64,000 nt of DNA from the NCBI GenBank assembly GCA_963737065.1, contig CAVTRC010000001.1:2433064-2497063 (forward strand), in the 5' to 3' direction. Source of the stretch: Candidatus Eremiobacteria bacterium. GTDB lineage: Bacteria > Vulcanimicrobiota > Vulcanimicrobiia > Vulcanimicrobiales > Vulcanimicrobiaceae. Positions within the stretch are counted from its first letter, which is position 1, and the number at the start of each line of letters is the position of its first letter. Shown here piece by piece: positions 39,067-48,269 of the stretch. The notes beneath the pieces are model-generated. The model worked only from the letters and a program-made list of their open reading frames with translations, ran no database searches and was not told the origin of the DNA. The position numbers were made by a program, and so were the translations under genes.

Positions 39067-40043
39067 TGCAACACGTGCTCGTTTACGTTCAGCATAAAGG
39101 CGGACAGTCGCCCAAGGTGACGTTCGAAATGGCGACGCAAGCGCGTGAGCTGGCTGATTCGCTTGGCGGTAAAGCGCACGCGATTGTCGTCGGCACCGGA
39201 GCGACGCAACTTGCCGAGCAGTTGAAGGTGTATCCGCTCGACGTCATTTACGTCAACGACGATCCCGACGTGGATAGGTTCTTGCTGGATCCCGTCGTCG
39301 ATTACATCGACGCCGCGGCGCGCGCCATCGGTCCCTCACTCGTATTGATTCCCAATACGCTCACCGGAAAAGACGTTGCAGGCCGCGTCATGGCGCGTTT
39401 GAACGCCGGTATGTGCGCCGATGCGACGGATTTCAAGATCGAAGGCGGACGTGTCGAAGCGATCATGCCGAAGATGGGCGGCGCGGCGATAACGACGTGC
39501 GCGCTCGAATCAGGCGACTACGGCGTGGTAACGGTCCGTCCCAACGCGTTTGCAGCGCAGACGACCGGCACGAGTGCAACCGTGCAACCGATCGAGAAAC
39601 CGCCCGGCAAGAGCTACGCGGTGACGGTCGAGAACGACGTCGAAGAAGGCACCGGTGAGCTTGCATTAGAGGAAGCGCCCGTGGTGGTCGCCGGCGGCCG
39701 GGGCCTCGGCGGCCCCGAACCGTTTGAAAGCCTGTTGAAGCCGCTCGCGAAAGCGCTCGGCGGCGCGGTAGGCGCGTCGCGCGCGGCAGCGGATGCGGGA
39801 TGGGTGCCGTACAGCTTGCAGATCGGTCAGACCGGAAAAACGGTGAGTCCGAACCTCTACATCGCCGTCGGGATCTCGGGTGCGATACAACATAAGGTCG
39901 GCATGCGTTCTTCAGGTACGATCGTTGCGATCAATAAGGATGGCCAATCGCCGATCGCGGAATTTTCGGACCTCACGGTCGTGGGCGATGCCTTCGCGAT
40001 CGTGCCCGAGCTCACGAAACTCGTCGCGGCCTCCAAATCTTAA
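39066..40043 (+). CDS. etfA: Electron transfer flavoprotein alpha subunit
   Basis: VAGGRGLG, GASRAAADAGW, QIGQTGKTV, GISGAIQH. Confidence 0.95.
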   Translation: MQHVLVYVQHKGGQSPKVTFEMATQARELADSLGGKAHAIVVGTGATQLAEQLKVYPLDVIYVNDDPDVDRFLLDPVVDYIDAAARAIGPSLVLIPNTLTGKDVAGRVMARLNAGMCADATDFKIEGGRVEAIMPKMGGAAITTCALESGDYGVVTVRPNAFAAQTTGTSATVQPIEKPPGKSYAVTVENDVEEGTGELALEEAPVVVAGGRGLGGPEPFESLLKPLAKALGGAVGASRAAADAGWVPYSLQIGQTGKTVSPNLYIAVGISGAIQHKVGMRSSGTIVAINKDGQSPIAEFSDLTVVGDAFAIVPELTKLVAASKS

Positions 40044-40067
40044 AATTCATCAGGAAGTTAGTGTAAC

Positions 40068-41579
40068 TTGAAACGTTTCGCAGTTCTGCTACTGATCGCC
40101 GTCGCGTTTATCGCCGCGGCTATCGGCACGACGCCGAAAGCCCAAGCGGGCCTCTTCGGCGCCGGCAAATCGGCGGCATCGCCGAGCCCGTCACCATCGC
40201 CGTCCGCAATTCCGACGGCGACGCCCGAGCCGCCCGACGTCGCGATTCCGCGCCTTGAAGCGAAGCTGAAGACGAATCCCAACGATCAGCAGACGATGAC
40301 GGAGCTTGCGGGACAACTTCTCGGCATCAATCGTCCGGATCTGTCGATTCAACTCACGCAGCGGCTGCTGCAGATGGGCGACAAGACCGCGCAAGTCTAT
40401 TATCTCGACGGCTACGCGCAACAAGATCTCGGCCGTATGGAGCCTGCAACCGCCGATCTCGAACAAGCGGAGAATCTGGATCCGAGCAATCCCGGAGTGC
40501 TCCAACAATTGACGGTGCTCTATTTGCGCGCGAACCGGTTCACGGATGCGGAGCGAATCGCGAATCGCGCGATCGTGCTCAATAAGGGGGACGCGCAGTC
40601 GGTCACGACGCTCGGGTCGGTCTACGCCGCTGAGGGGAAGTACGACGACGCGCGCGCGCAGTTTGAAAAAGCGTCGGCGATGGATCCGAAGAACACCGCG
40701 CCGCTCTTCCAAATCGCGTCGACGTACGCATCGCAAGACAACATTCCGCTCGCGCTCGATTGGGTGGCGAAAGTGCTCGCAATCGACCCGAAGAACATTC
40801 AAGCGCTCGTATTCAAAGCGGATCTTTATGCCCGTCAGCACGATGACGCGAAGGCATCCGCCGCCTACGACGATGCGATCGTTGCCGCGGCGAGTGACGA
40901 CGAGCGCGGTGCCATCATCGTTCGCAAGGCAACCTATTTCGCCGGCCAGCACAAAGACTCGCAGGCGCAAGCCGTCTATCAGCAAGGCATCGCGCAGTAT
41001 CCAAAGGTCGCCGACCTGCACACGAGCTTCGGCCAGTACTGGGCGTCGCAAAAGAACTATGGCAACGCGCAGCGCGAATGGCAGGCAGCACTCGCGATCA
41101 ACAAAAATGACGGCCAAGCGCTCTTGTATCTCGGGCAGCTCTCGATGCAACAAGGTAAGATGTCGGATGCCGTAGCGTATTTGAAGCATCTCTCCGACAT
41201 CGATCCCGATCCTCGGACGTTTGCGATGCTCGGTCAGGCGTACTCGTTCTTGCACGACTACAGCAAATCGAAAGATGCATGCGCGAAGAGCTTCTCCATG
41301 CAAAAGGATCCATCGACGCTCGGGTGCATCGCCGGCGCGGACTTCGAATTGAAGAACTACAAGGAAGCATCGCAGATCTTCGACGTGCTCGATAAGAACG
41401 CCAAGGGTTTTCTCGATCAAAATCCGCAGCTGCTCTGGGTTGCGGGTAAAAGCTACACGCAGAACCACGAGAGACAGAAGGCGCTCGCCGCATACAAGCG
41501 CTTATTGCCGCTGATGAAAAAAGGCACCAAAGACTACAAAGAAATCGAATCGCAAATCGCAATGCTCAGCAAGAAGTAA
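40068..41579 (+). CDS. Secreted tetratricopeptide repeat protein
   Basis: Signal peptide, SPSPSPSP linker, multiple TPR-like repeats (LG..Y...G....A...F.KA...DP). Confidence 0.85.
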   Translation: MKRFAVLLLIAVAFIAAAIGTTPKAQAGLFGAGKSAASPSPSPSPSAIPTATPEPPDVAIPRLEAKLKTNPNDQQTMTELAGQLLGINRPDLSIQLTQRLLQMGDKTAQVYYLDGYAQQDLGRMEPATADLEQAENLDPSNPGVLQQLTVLYLRANRFTDAERIANRAIVLNKGDAQSVTTLGSVYAAEGKYDDARAQFEKASAMDPKNTAPLFQIASTYASQDNIPLALDWVAKVLAIDPKNIQALVFKADLYARQHDDAKASAAYDDAIVAAASDDERGAIIVRKATYFAGQHKDSQAQAVYQQGIAQYPKVADLHTSFGQYWASQKNYGNAQREWQAALAINKNDGQALLYLGQLSMQQGKMSDAVAYLKHLSDIDPDPRTFAMLGQAYSFLHDYSKSKDACAKSFSMQKDPSTLGCIAGADFELKNYKEASQIFDVLDKNAKGFLDQNPQLLWVAGKSYTQNHERQKALAAYKRLLPLMKKGTKDYKEIESQIAMLSKK

Positions 41580-42597
41580 CGCACAAACGCTAGTCGTAAC
41601 CGACGCGCTCTGCGGCGACCACCTCCGCAATGTCGGGCATCCCGAATCGCCCGGCCGCGTTGAGGTGGTCGCTGCGCGTTTAGCGGCACGGGGATTGCTC
41701 GACGAACGCGTCGCGGCGCGTGATGCGAGCGATGACGAACTGCTGCGAGTCCATTCGCCGCAGTATTTGGAACTCGTGAAACGCGAAACCGGTGCCCTTG
41801 CGGAAGCGCGGTATCTCTCCACCGGTGACGTCGTCGTCGACCAGCATTCGCTTGCAGCGGCTCGGCGAGCCGCGGGCGGTGCGATTGTCGCTATTGAAAC
41901 GGCCGCGCAGATGAAGCGCCCGGTATTCGCGCTCGTGCGCCCTCCCGGTCATCACGCGGAGCAGCGTCGCGGCATGGGCTTCTGCCTGTTCAATAATGCA
42001 GCGATCGCGGCCCGTGCGTTTCGAGCAGCGCACGGCGGTAATGTGCTCATCGTCGACTTCGACTATCACCACGGAAACGGAACGCAAGACGCGTCCGGCG
42101 CAGGCGTCTCCTACATTTCGACGCACGCATCACCCGCGTATCCCGGAACGGGATACGAAATCGAATCGCTCGATGGCGACGCACTCGTCAACGTTCCACT
42201 TCCCGCGGCGGGCATCGCGACCGAAGCATTCATCGCGGTGTGGGAAGAGTTGTTGCGCCGGACGGCGGCCGCGATACGTCCGCATGCGATCGTCGTGAGC
42301 GCCGGCTTCGATTATGTCGCCGGAGATCCGGTCGGTGATTTGGGCGTCGACGTCGACGCGGCGAAAATGTTAGCGCGCGCCATCAACCGTACTGCGGCGC
42401 AATTTTGCAACGGCGCCGTCGCGTACGTTTTGGAAGGCGGCTACGACATCGATGCACTGACGGAGTCGATCGCGCAAGTACTTACGAGCGAACGCGACGT
42501 CGGGCCGAACAGCGCCGACGGCGGCGCGATTCCGGCGCGCGTGCGCGAACGGCTCGTGCGCCTCGCGGATATCGCGAGCGCGTTCCGCCAACAGTGA
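41578..42597 (+). CDS. Histone deacetylase family protein (start codon not evident)
   Basis: HPESPGR, RPPGHHA, GFCLFNN, DFDYHHGNGTQ, SAGFD, LEGGY; frame open from 41518 without ATG/GTG/TTG until 41665. Confidence 0.85.
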   Translation, partial: NAQTLVVTDALCGDHLRNVGHPESPGRVEVVAARLAARGLLDERVAARDASDDELLRVHSPQYLELVKRETGALAEARYLSTGDVVVDQHSLAAARRAAGGAIVAIETAAQMKRPVFALVRPPGHHAEQRRGMGFCLFNNAAIAARAFRAAHGGNVLIVDFDYHHGNGTQDASGAGVSYISTHASPAYPGTGYEIESLDGDALVNVPLPAAGIATEAFIAVWEELLRRTAAAIRPHAIVVSAGFDYVAGDPVGDLGVDVDAAKMLARAINRTAAQFCNGAVAYVLEGGYDIDALTESIAQVLTSERDVGPNSADGGAIPARVRERLVRLADIASAFRQQ

Positions 42598-42598
42598 C

Positions 42599-43624
42599 CT
42601 ACGGCACGACGGATGCTGCGATTTTTTCCAGTTCCGGTAAGCTGAGTTCTCCGACGAGCGTGAAATGCAGACCGGATTCCGACCACGCGAGCAGCGTCGT
42701 CGATCCGTCCTCGGTGTACTTGGCGTCGCGGTCCTCCACTTTCGTGTTCGTCGCGCGAAAGTTCTCGAAGCCGATATCAGCGGCGCCCTGGTTCTGAAAG
42801 AGGGAGACGGTCCGCACGCCGTCCGAGTAGAGTAAGTGCAGCGTGCGCACGCCTTTGATATCGATGACGTCGCCTTCGACCGGCGTGAACCCCTCCGGCA
42901 GATACTTAGGTCCGTGAGCCGAGAATCCAGCCGCAGCAATCACGTGTTCAAGGTCGCTCGACGGCAGCCCGCGCGACGGTCCATCGACATGCTGCATCCC
43001 CTTGGGCACCTCGAACATGCCCGACGGAATTTGCTGCACGTAGCGAATGTTTTCGAAGCGCTCTTGCGTCGAGAGCGCGCCGTTGGCCGCGTAGATCTCC
43101 TTTTCCAGCACGAGATTCGTTTGTGCGTCGGTCTTAATCCGCATCGTGATCTGGCCCGTGTATTTGTTGGTCAGCAACACAACGTGCACGCGCCGTCCCT
43201 CGACGGTGTCATCGGGTGCGAACGTGGCGTTGTAATTCGAATTGAGCACCGCGAAATTGTCGTCTTCGGCGACTTGATCGTCGATCGCGTCATCTTGAGC
43301 GACCACCACTTTGTTGCGCTTCACGTCAATCGAGTACGTGGTCTCACCGCGCGAGATAACCGAATCGCCGTAGTAGCTCTGCGGCGCGAGATACCACCGG
43401 CGCGTTAAATCCGGCGCACGGTGTTCGATGCGGTACACGGCGGCGGCCGTCTTCTGCGTTCCGAAGCGCAGGACTTGGACCTCGCCGACATACGAGAGGG
43501 TTTTCGGCGCTTCGATCGCCGCGCGTAACAGCACGGTTGCCGAGGCGCTCGGCGCATGAACCGGTGCGGCGGCGATCAACGCCGCGGCAAGAGGAACGAG
43601 TGCGCCGCTAGCGCATTTCTGCAA
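42599..43624 (-). CDS. MucB/RseB-like periplasmic sigma-E regulatory protein
   Basis: Signal peptide; LHLLYSDGVRTVSLF, TLVGEL...LEKIAAS; follows sigma/anti-sigma; start uncertain. Confidence 0.75.
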   Translation of the reverse strand: MQKCASGALVPLAAALIAAAPVHAPSASATVLLRAAIEAPKTLSYVGEVQVLRFGTQKTAAAVYRIEHRAPDLTRRWYLAPQSYYGDSVISRGETTYSIDVKRNKVVVAQDDAIDDQVAEDDNFAVLNSNYNATFAPDDTVEGRRVHVVLLTNKYTGQITMRIKTDAQTNLVLEKEIYAANGALSTQERFENIRYVQQIPSGMFEVPKGMQHVDGPSRGLPSSDLEHVIAAAGFSAHGPKYLPEGFTPVEGDVIDIKGVRTLHLLYSDGVRTVSLFQNQGAADIGFENFRATNTKVEDRDAKYTEDGSTTLLAWSESGLHFTLVGELSLPELEKIAASVVP

Positions 43625-44135
43625 CGGCGCTCGCTCCCGTCGATGCGATCCAGTGCTGATCGCCCGGCGATTCGTCGTTTCGCAGCGATGCGGGTTCGAC
43701 CGCACTCTCACCGAACGGCATCGTGCTGTTGAGCGAGGCGTGGTCGCGCAGATAATACGCGGCGTCGATCGTAATCATCGGTGCGGCGTGATGGGTCGCG
43801 GTGTACCCGAAGAACGCGCCGGCAAGTACGACCGCCGCAATCGGAACGGCGATCGCGGGCCGGAAGAAGGCCGCGATGCGCTGTGCGAGCGGCGGCTGCG
43901 CCCGCCGTGCATCGACGGCATCCCAAATCCGCGTCACCATGCCGGGTGGCAGATCGCGTTCGGTTGCGCGCGCGTAGGCGCGCAACGATTCGGAGAGGCG
44001 CGCCTGCTCTTCGTACATTGCGGTGCACCGCGCGCACGATTTCAGATGCGCCAGCAGCGCTGCGTCCGCTTCAGGGCTCAGTTCGTGATGCAGGTAGTCA
44101 ATAAGCTGTTCTGTTGTTGTATGTTCGTTTGTCAT
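43608..44135 (-). CDS. Zinc-finger (HxxxCxxC) anti-sigma factor
   Basis: AHLKSCARC, single TM helix. Confidence 0.85.
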   Translation of the reverse strand: MTNEHTTTEQLIDYLHHELSPEADAALLAHLKSCARCTAMYEEQARLSESLRAYARATERDLPPGMVTRIWDAVDARRAQPPLAQRIAAFFRPAIAVPIAAVVLAGAFFGYTATHHAAPMITIDAAYYLRDHASLNSTMPFGESAVEPASLRNDESPGDQHWIASTGASAVAEMR

Positions 44136-44698
44136 GATGTTGCCGAGTAGTGCTCAACGAGTTTTCGTAGCTGTTGCCGGGCGCGATGTAGGCGCGAGCG
44201 GACCGTGCCGATCGAGCATCCGACGATCTCCGCGATTTCCTGGTAACTATATTCCTCGACGTCCGCGAGAACGACCACTTGGCGCTGATCGGGTGAAAGC
44301 GCTGCGAGCGCTCTCGACATCGTCTCGCTGAACTGCGACTCGACGAGGTCTTCGATCGGCTCCACTGCCAGGGGCCGGGCTCCCGCGTACTCTTGAGGCA
44401 CGTTGTCTTCGGGGATCTCTTCCTGATAACGGCCTTTTCGTCTCCGAAGTTCGTCCCGGTACAGATTTGTGACAATCCTGTATATCCACGAAACGAATGA
44501 GGTGCCCGGCTGAAAGCTGCGCCAGGCGCGGTACACGCGAATGAAGGCCTCTTGCGTCAGATCGCGGGCGTCGGCCTCATTGTGGGTGAGTCGGAGGGCG
44601 AAGTTGTACGTCGCCTTGCCGTGCTGTTCGATCGCCTTTTGAAGAAAGGCCGCCTGTTCGGGAGAGGGCGGATCGAACGGCTTGCGCGGTGCTGCCAT
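44132..44698 (-). CDS. ECF RNA polymerase sigma factor
   Basis: DARDLTQEAF, WIYRIVTN, SYQEIAEIVGCSIGTVRSRLHRAR. Confidence 0.92.
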   Translation of the reverse strand: MAAPRKPFDPPSPEQAAFLQKAIEQHGKATYNFALRLTHNEADARDLTQEAFIRVYRAWRSFQPGTSFVSWIYRIVTNLYRDELRRRKGRYQEEIPEDNVPQEYAGARPLAVEPIEDLVESQFSETMSRALAALSPDQRQVVVLADVEEYSYQEIAEIVGCSIGTVRSRLHRARQQLRKLVEHYSATS

Positions 44699-44754
44699 GG
44701 ACTGGCCCAGGATTTTCCCCGATTCTCAGGTCCGCCTGCTGCGCCGTCCGCCGA

Positions 44755-45300
44755 TTATTGCAGCGCGCTACGGATATCCGATGCAAGCGTCGTCACGCTG
44801 TCGTCTTGGTCGGCGATCATGCGCCGGCCGCCGTTCGCATCGATGAAGGTGACGACCGAGATATGCGCTTCGTCGTAATCGTAGTCGCCGTGTTTGCCGG
44901 GAATTTTCTGCGCCCAAATGTGATACGCGCGCTCGACGTCCGCAATCTGTGCCGGCGTGCCGGTCAACCCGACGATCGGTGCTCCCGGGAAGCGCTTCAC
45001 GAATGCGTTCAGAACCGGCGGCGTGTCGCGCTGCGGATCGACCGTGACGAACGCGATTTCGGCGTTGCCGCTCGTGCCGATCGCTTTTGCAAGCTTCGCA
45101 ACGGTCGTGGGACACGTGTCGGGGCAGTGCGTAAATCCGAAATACAGCGCGACGGCTTTGCCGCGCTGCGCCGATAGCGTCCACGGTGCGCCGTGTTGAT
45201 CGGTCAGCGTAAAATCAGGCGCCTTCGGATATTGTTGCGAACAGCCCGCACCGGCCAGCAGTGCGAGCGCCACGGCCGCCACTGCGAACACCACGCGCAT
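44755..45300 (-). CDS. SCO family copper-binding lipoprotein
   Basis: Lipobox AGC, YFGFTHCPDTCP, VTVDPQRDTP, conserved His (YDEAH). Confidence 0.9.
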   Translation of the reverse strand: MRVVFAVAAVALALLAGAGCSQQYPKAPDFTLTDQHGAPWTLSAQRGKAVALYFGFTHCPDTCPTTVAKLAKAIGTSGNAEIAFVTVDPQRDTPPVLNAFVKRFPGAPIVGLTGTPAQIADVERAYHIWAQKIPGKHGDYDYDEAHISVVTFIDANGGRRMIADQDDSVTTLASDIRSALQ

Positions 45301-45400
45301 AGATGTAGTGTACCGCACGGCCGAGCAACGTGACTCCACGGCTAAATACCGGGCATCGTACCAGGAGTTGGGTCGCGTGAGGCGCATCGCTCATGCGGAC

Positions 45401-45838
45401 ATGCCGCTCGCCGTTTTCTTGCTTCGCCTGATCCTCGGCGGTCTTTTATTGCTCACCGGTGCGTTGAAGGTCGGTCATGCACCGGAATTGGCCTCGGCGA
45501 TCGCCGGCTTTCGACTACTTCCGGCCGATGTCGTCGCGCCGCTGGCGCTGATGCTGCCGTTCTTCGAGTTGTTGCTCGGGCTGTATCTCGTCATTGGCCT
45601 CTTCACGCGCGTTGTCGGCTGGATCAGCGTCGTGCAATTCATCGTGTATGCGGCAGCCATCGCGTCGGCGGTGATACGCGGGATCCCGGCAAACTGCGGA
45701 TGCTTCGGACCGAACGATCGAACGACGGCCGATTGGCCGCACGTTGCGTTCGATCTGGTGCTCGCTCTCATCGCCTATGTCATCGCGCGGTTTGCGCCGG
45801 GCATACTCGCCGTCGATCGGAGATTTCAACGGACATGA
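45401..45838 (+). CDS. MauE/DoxX-family redox membrane protein
   Basis: TM helices, LPFFELLLG, NCGCFG. Confidence 0.85.
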   Translation: MPLAVFLLRLILGGLLLLTGALKVGHAPELASAIAGFRLLPADVVAPLALMLPFFELLLGLYLVIGLFTRVVGWISVVQFIVYAAAIASAVIRGIPANCGCFGPNDRTTADWPHVAFDLVLALIAYVIARFAPGILAVDRRFQRT

Positions 45839-46407
45839 ACCAACGGACCCTCGCCGTCGTTTCGATCGTCATTCTTGCGGTGCTCGTGATCGGCGGCGTG
45901 CTCTACGTCAAGCTGCGCCCATCACAGCAACTGCAGAACGCATCGGTCGCGCCGATCAACGCGACCGCCGAGATGGGGCAGAAAGCGCCGGAATTTCAAA
46001 CGCCGACGACGGCGGGCCCGTTCGATCTCGCCGCCACGCAGAAACCGGTGTTCCTCGAAATCTTCGCAACGTGGTGTCCGCACTGTCAGCGCGAGACCAC
46101 CGTGATCGATAAGCTCTATCAAAAGTATAAGGACCGCGTCGATTTTATCGCGGTCCCCGGAAGCGACACGGGAATGGACGGCACGAGCCCGGAGTCTCAG
46201 TACGACGTGCTCATGTTCGTGCAGCGCTTCCACACGCAGTATCCGATGGCGGCGTACGACCCGAACCTCTCCGTCGCGAAGCAATACTTGAAGGGCGGCT
46301 TTCCGACGCTCGCCATCATCGATAAAAACAAGACGATCACCTATTTGAACAGCGGCGAAGTACCGTTCAACGAACTCGACGCCGAGTTGGCGAAGGTTAC
46401 TCGTTAG
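45835..46407 (+). CDS. Membrane-anchored thioredoxin-like (TlpA) protein
   Basis: FATWCPHC, GFPT cis-Pro motif. Confidence 0.85.
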   Translation: MNQRTLAVVSIVILAVLVIGGVLYVKLRPSQQLQNASVAPINATAEMGQKAPEFQTPTTAGPFDLAATQKPVFLEIFATWCPHCQRETTVIDKLYQKYKDRVDFIAVPGSDTGMDGTSPESQYDVLMFVQRFHTQYPMAAYDPNLSVAKQYLKGGFPTLAIIDKNKTITYLNSGEVPFNELDAELAKVTR

Positions 46408-47146
46408 GCGGGAACGAGTAGTTCGGCGGCGGTACGACCGGTGTTCCCACTTCGAGCGCGATCTGCTGATGGGCTCTCAAGGGAATCATCCGCAGATCGC
46501 CGTCGTATCTCTGACCGTTCACGTATGCAGTAACCGGGCCTTTGAGTCCGGCGATGTCGTCACGAGTGAGCGGCTGTCCCCAGATGTCGAAGAGAATGCC
46601 GAGATTGTACTCCGACCCGCCCGGCGGTGCGAGCTGTGGCGCTTCGACGTGAATGATTCCCGTTGCATCGTGCGTGTGAATCCAGTAGAGGCACCCCTGC
46701 GGAGGAACCGCTGCGGCGCCGATGAGGCGCGGCACCTGCACCTGTTGTCCGCGATAGAAGATAGACAGATGTGAGTGCACGTGCAGCGTGACGTACTCTT
46801 GTCCCGCGCAGGTGATTCCATCGACCGGCTGGCCTTGTCCGCCGGATTTCGTGTCCGCGCCCGCTTTCGAGACGGCAATCATCGCCTTGCCGATCGCGGT
46901 GCCGTCTTCGAGCGGAATCGGCGTCGGACCGCCGCTTGCCGACGGCTCCGGTGAGGGCGTCGCATAGGCGGCATTCAACGCGTTGTTTTGCTGCCATCGC
47001 ATGATGCCGAAGCCCGCAACGATCAATACGACGACGACGGCGAGCGCGATGTAGATCGTCATCATCGGATCGCGCTTTTGCGGCGCGGCAGGACCGCCGG
47101 AGCGGTGTTGCTGACGGCGTTGCGAACGCGAAGAAGGTTGCGACAC
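46397..47146 (-). CDS. Hypothetical membrane-anchored protein with His cluster
   Basis: TM helix; HVHSHL, CLYWIHTHDATGIIHVE, FDIWGQPL. Confidence 0.8.
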   Translation of the reverse strand: MSQPSSRSQRRQQHRSGGPAAPQKRDPMMTIYIALAVVVVLIVAGFGIMRWQQNNALNAAYATPSPEPSASGGPTPIPLEDGTAIGKAMIAVSKAGADTKSGGQGQPVDGITCAGQEYVTLHVHSHLSIFYRGQQVQVPRLIGAAAVPPQGCLYWIHTHDATGIIHVEAPQLAPPGGSEYNLGILFDIWGQPLTRDDIAGLKGPVTAYVNGQRYDGDLRMIPLRAHQQIALEVGTPVVPPPNYSFPPNE

Positions 47147-47157
47147 GAAATACCTCG

Positions 47158-48186
47158 TTAAACGGAAATGGGCGTGAGGTCCTCACGGGCCGGATCGAGC
47201 GGATTGCCGGTGAGGAGATAGTTCAAAACGTAGTCGCTGACGGCTTCGGCGAGTGGCGTTATCGAGCGCATGTACCCGCTCTCGCGTATGCGCTCGACGG
47301 TCGCACTCGTACGATATTGATATTTCGGCCGCAGCGTTTCGGGCATGTCGATGAACTCGATGCGTTCGGGAACGCCCAAGGCTGCAAAGATCGGCCGCAC
47401 GAGTTCGAGCCACGTGTGCGGCGTGCCGCTTCCGATGTTGACGATACCGGTGAGCCGCGATTGCGCGACGTGCACGGTCATGTCGACGGCGTCCTTGACG
47501 TAGATGAAGTCACGCTGCTGTTCGCCGTCACCGAATTGCGGGCGATAGCTCTTGAAGAGACGCACGCTTCCACGATCGCGGATTTGATGAAACGCTTTGT
47601 AGACCACGCTGCGCATATCGGCTTTATGGTCTTCGTTCGGACCGAAAACGTTGAAGTATTTCAAGCCGACGATGCGATCTGCCATTCCGGTGCGTGCCGC
47701 GTAGAGATCAAAAAGCTGCTTCGAATAGGCGTACATGTTGAGCGGACGAAGCGTGCGCAGGTCGGCAGTATCGGAGAGGCCATCTTCGAGCGATCCGTAC
47801 GTTGCAGCCGATGAAGCGTACACGAAACGGGCATCGAGATCGACCGCCCAATGCGCGAGCGCTTTCGTGTACTCGTAGTTGTTGCGCATCAGAAAATCGG
47901 AGTTGGTTTCGGTCGTCGACGAACACGCGCCGAGATGAAAGGCGGTGCGCACGTTGCCGAAGTACGCCGGCCGTTCGGTCACGAGATCCAGAAAGTCGTC
48001 GGCGTCCACGTAATCGGCGAATCGCAGCGGGACGAGATGCTTCCATTTCTCCGACTCGTCCAAGCGGTCGACGACGATAATATCGTCGACGCCGCGGCGG
48101 TTGAGGAGCCAGACGAGGGCGCTGCCAATGAGGCCGGCGCCGCCGGTCACTACGACGGGACCGTCCGCAATATCATCATCATGCAT
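47158..48186 (-). CDS. rfaD: ADP-L-glycero-D-manno-heptose 6-epimerase
   Basis: VTGGAGLIGS, HLGACSSTTE, YASSAATYG, PLNMYAYSK, KYFNVFGPNEDHK. Confidence 0.92.
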   Translation of the reverse strand: MHDDDIADGPVVVTGGAGLIGSALVWLLNRRGVDDIIVVDRLDESEKWKHLVPLRFADYVDADDFLDLVTERPAYFGNVRTAFHLGACSSTTETNSDFLMRNNYEYTKALAHWAVDLDARFVYASSAATYGSLEDGLSDTADLRTLRPLNMYAYSKQLFDLYAARTGMADRIVGLKYFNVFGPNEDHKADMRSVVYKAFHQIRDRGSVRLFKSYRPQFGDGEQQRDFIYVKDAVDMTVHVAQSRLTGIVNIGSGTPHTWLELVRPIFAALGVPERIEFIDMPETLRPKYQYRTSATVERIRESGYMRSITPLAEAVSDYVLNYLLTGNPLDPAREDLTPISV

Positions 48187-48269
48187 AGGAGCGACCCCGG
48201 TATTCCCTCCTCGCGAACGCCGAGTCCTGGCAGGAGCGGCCGGGCGCACGTTTATGAATCACATTCACG

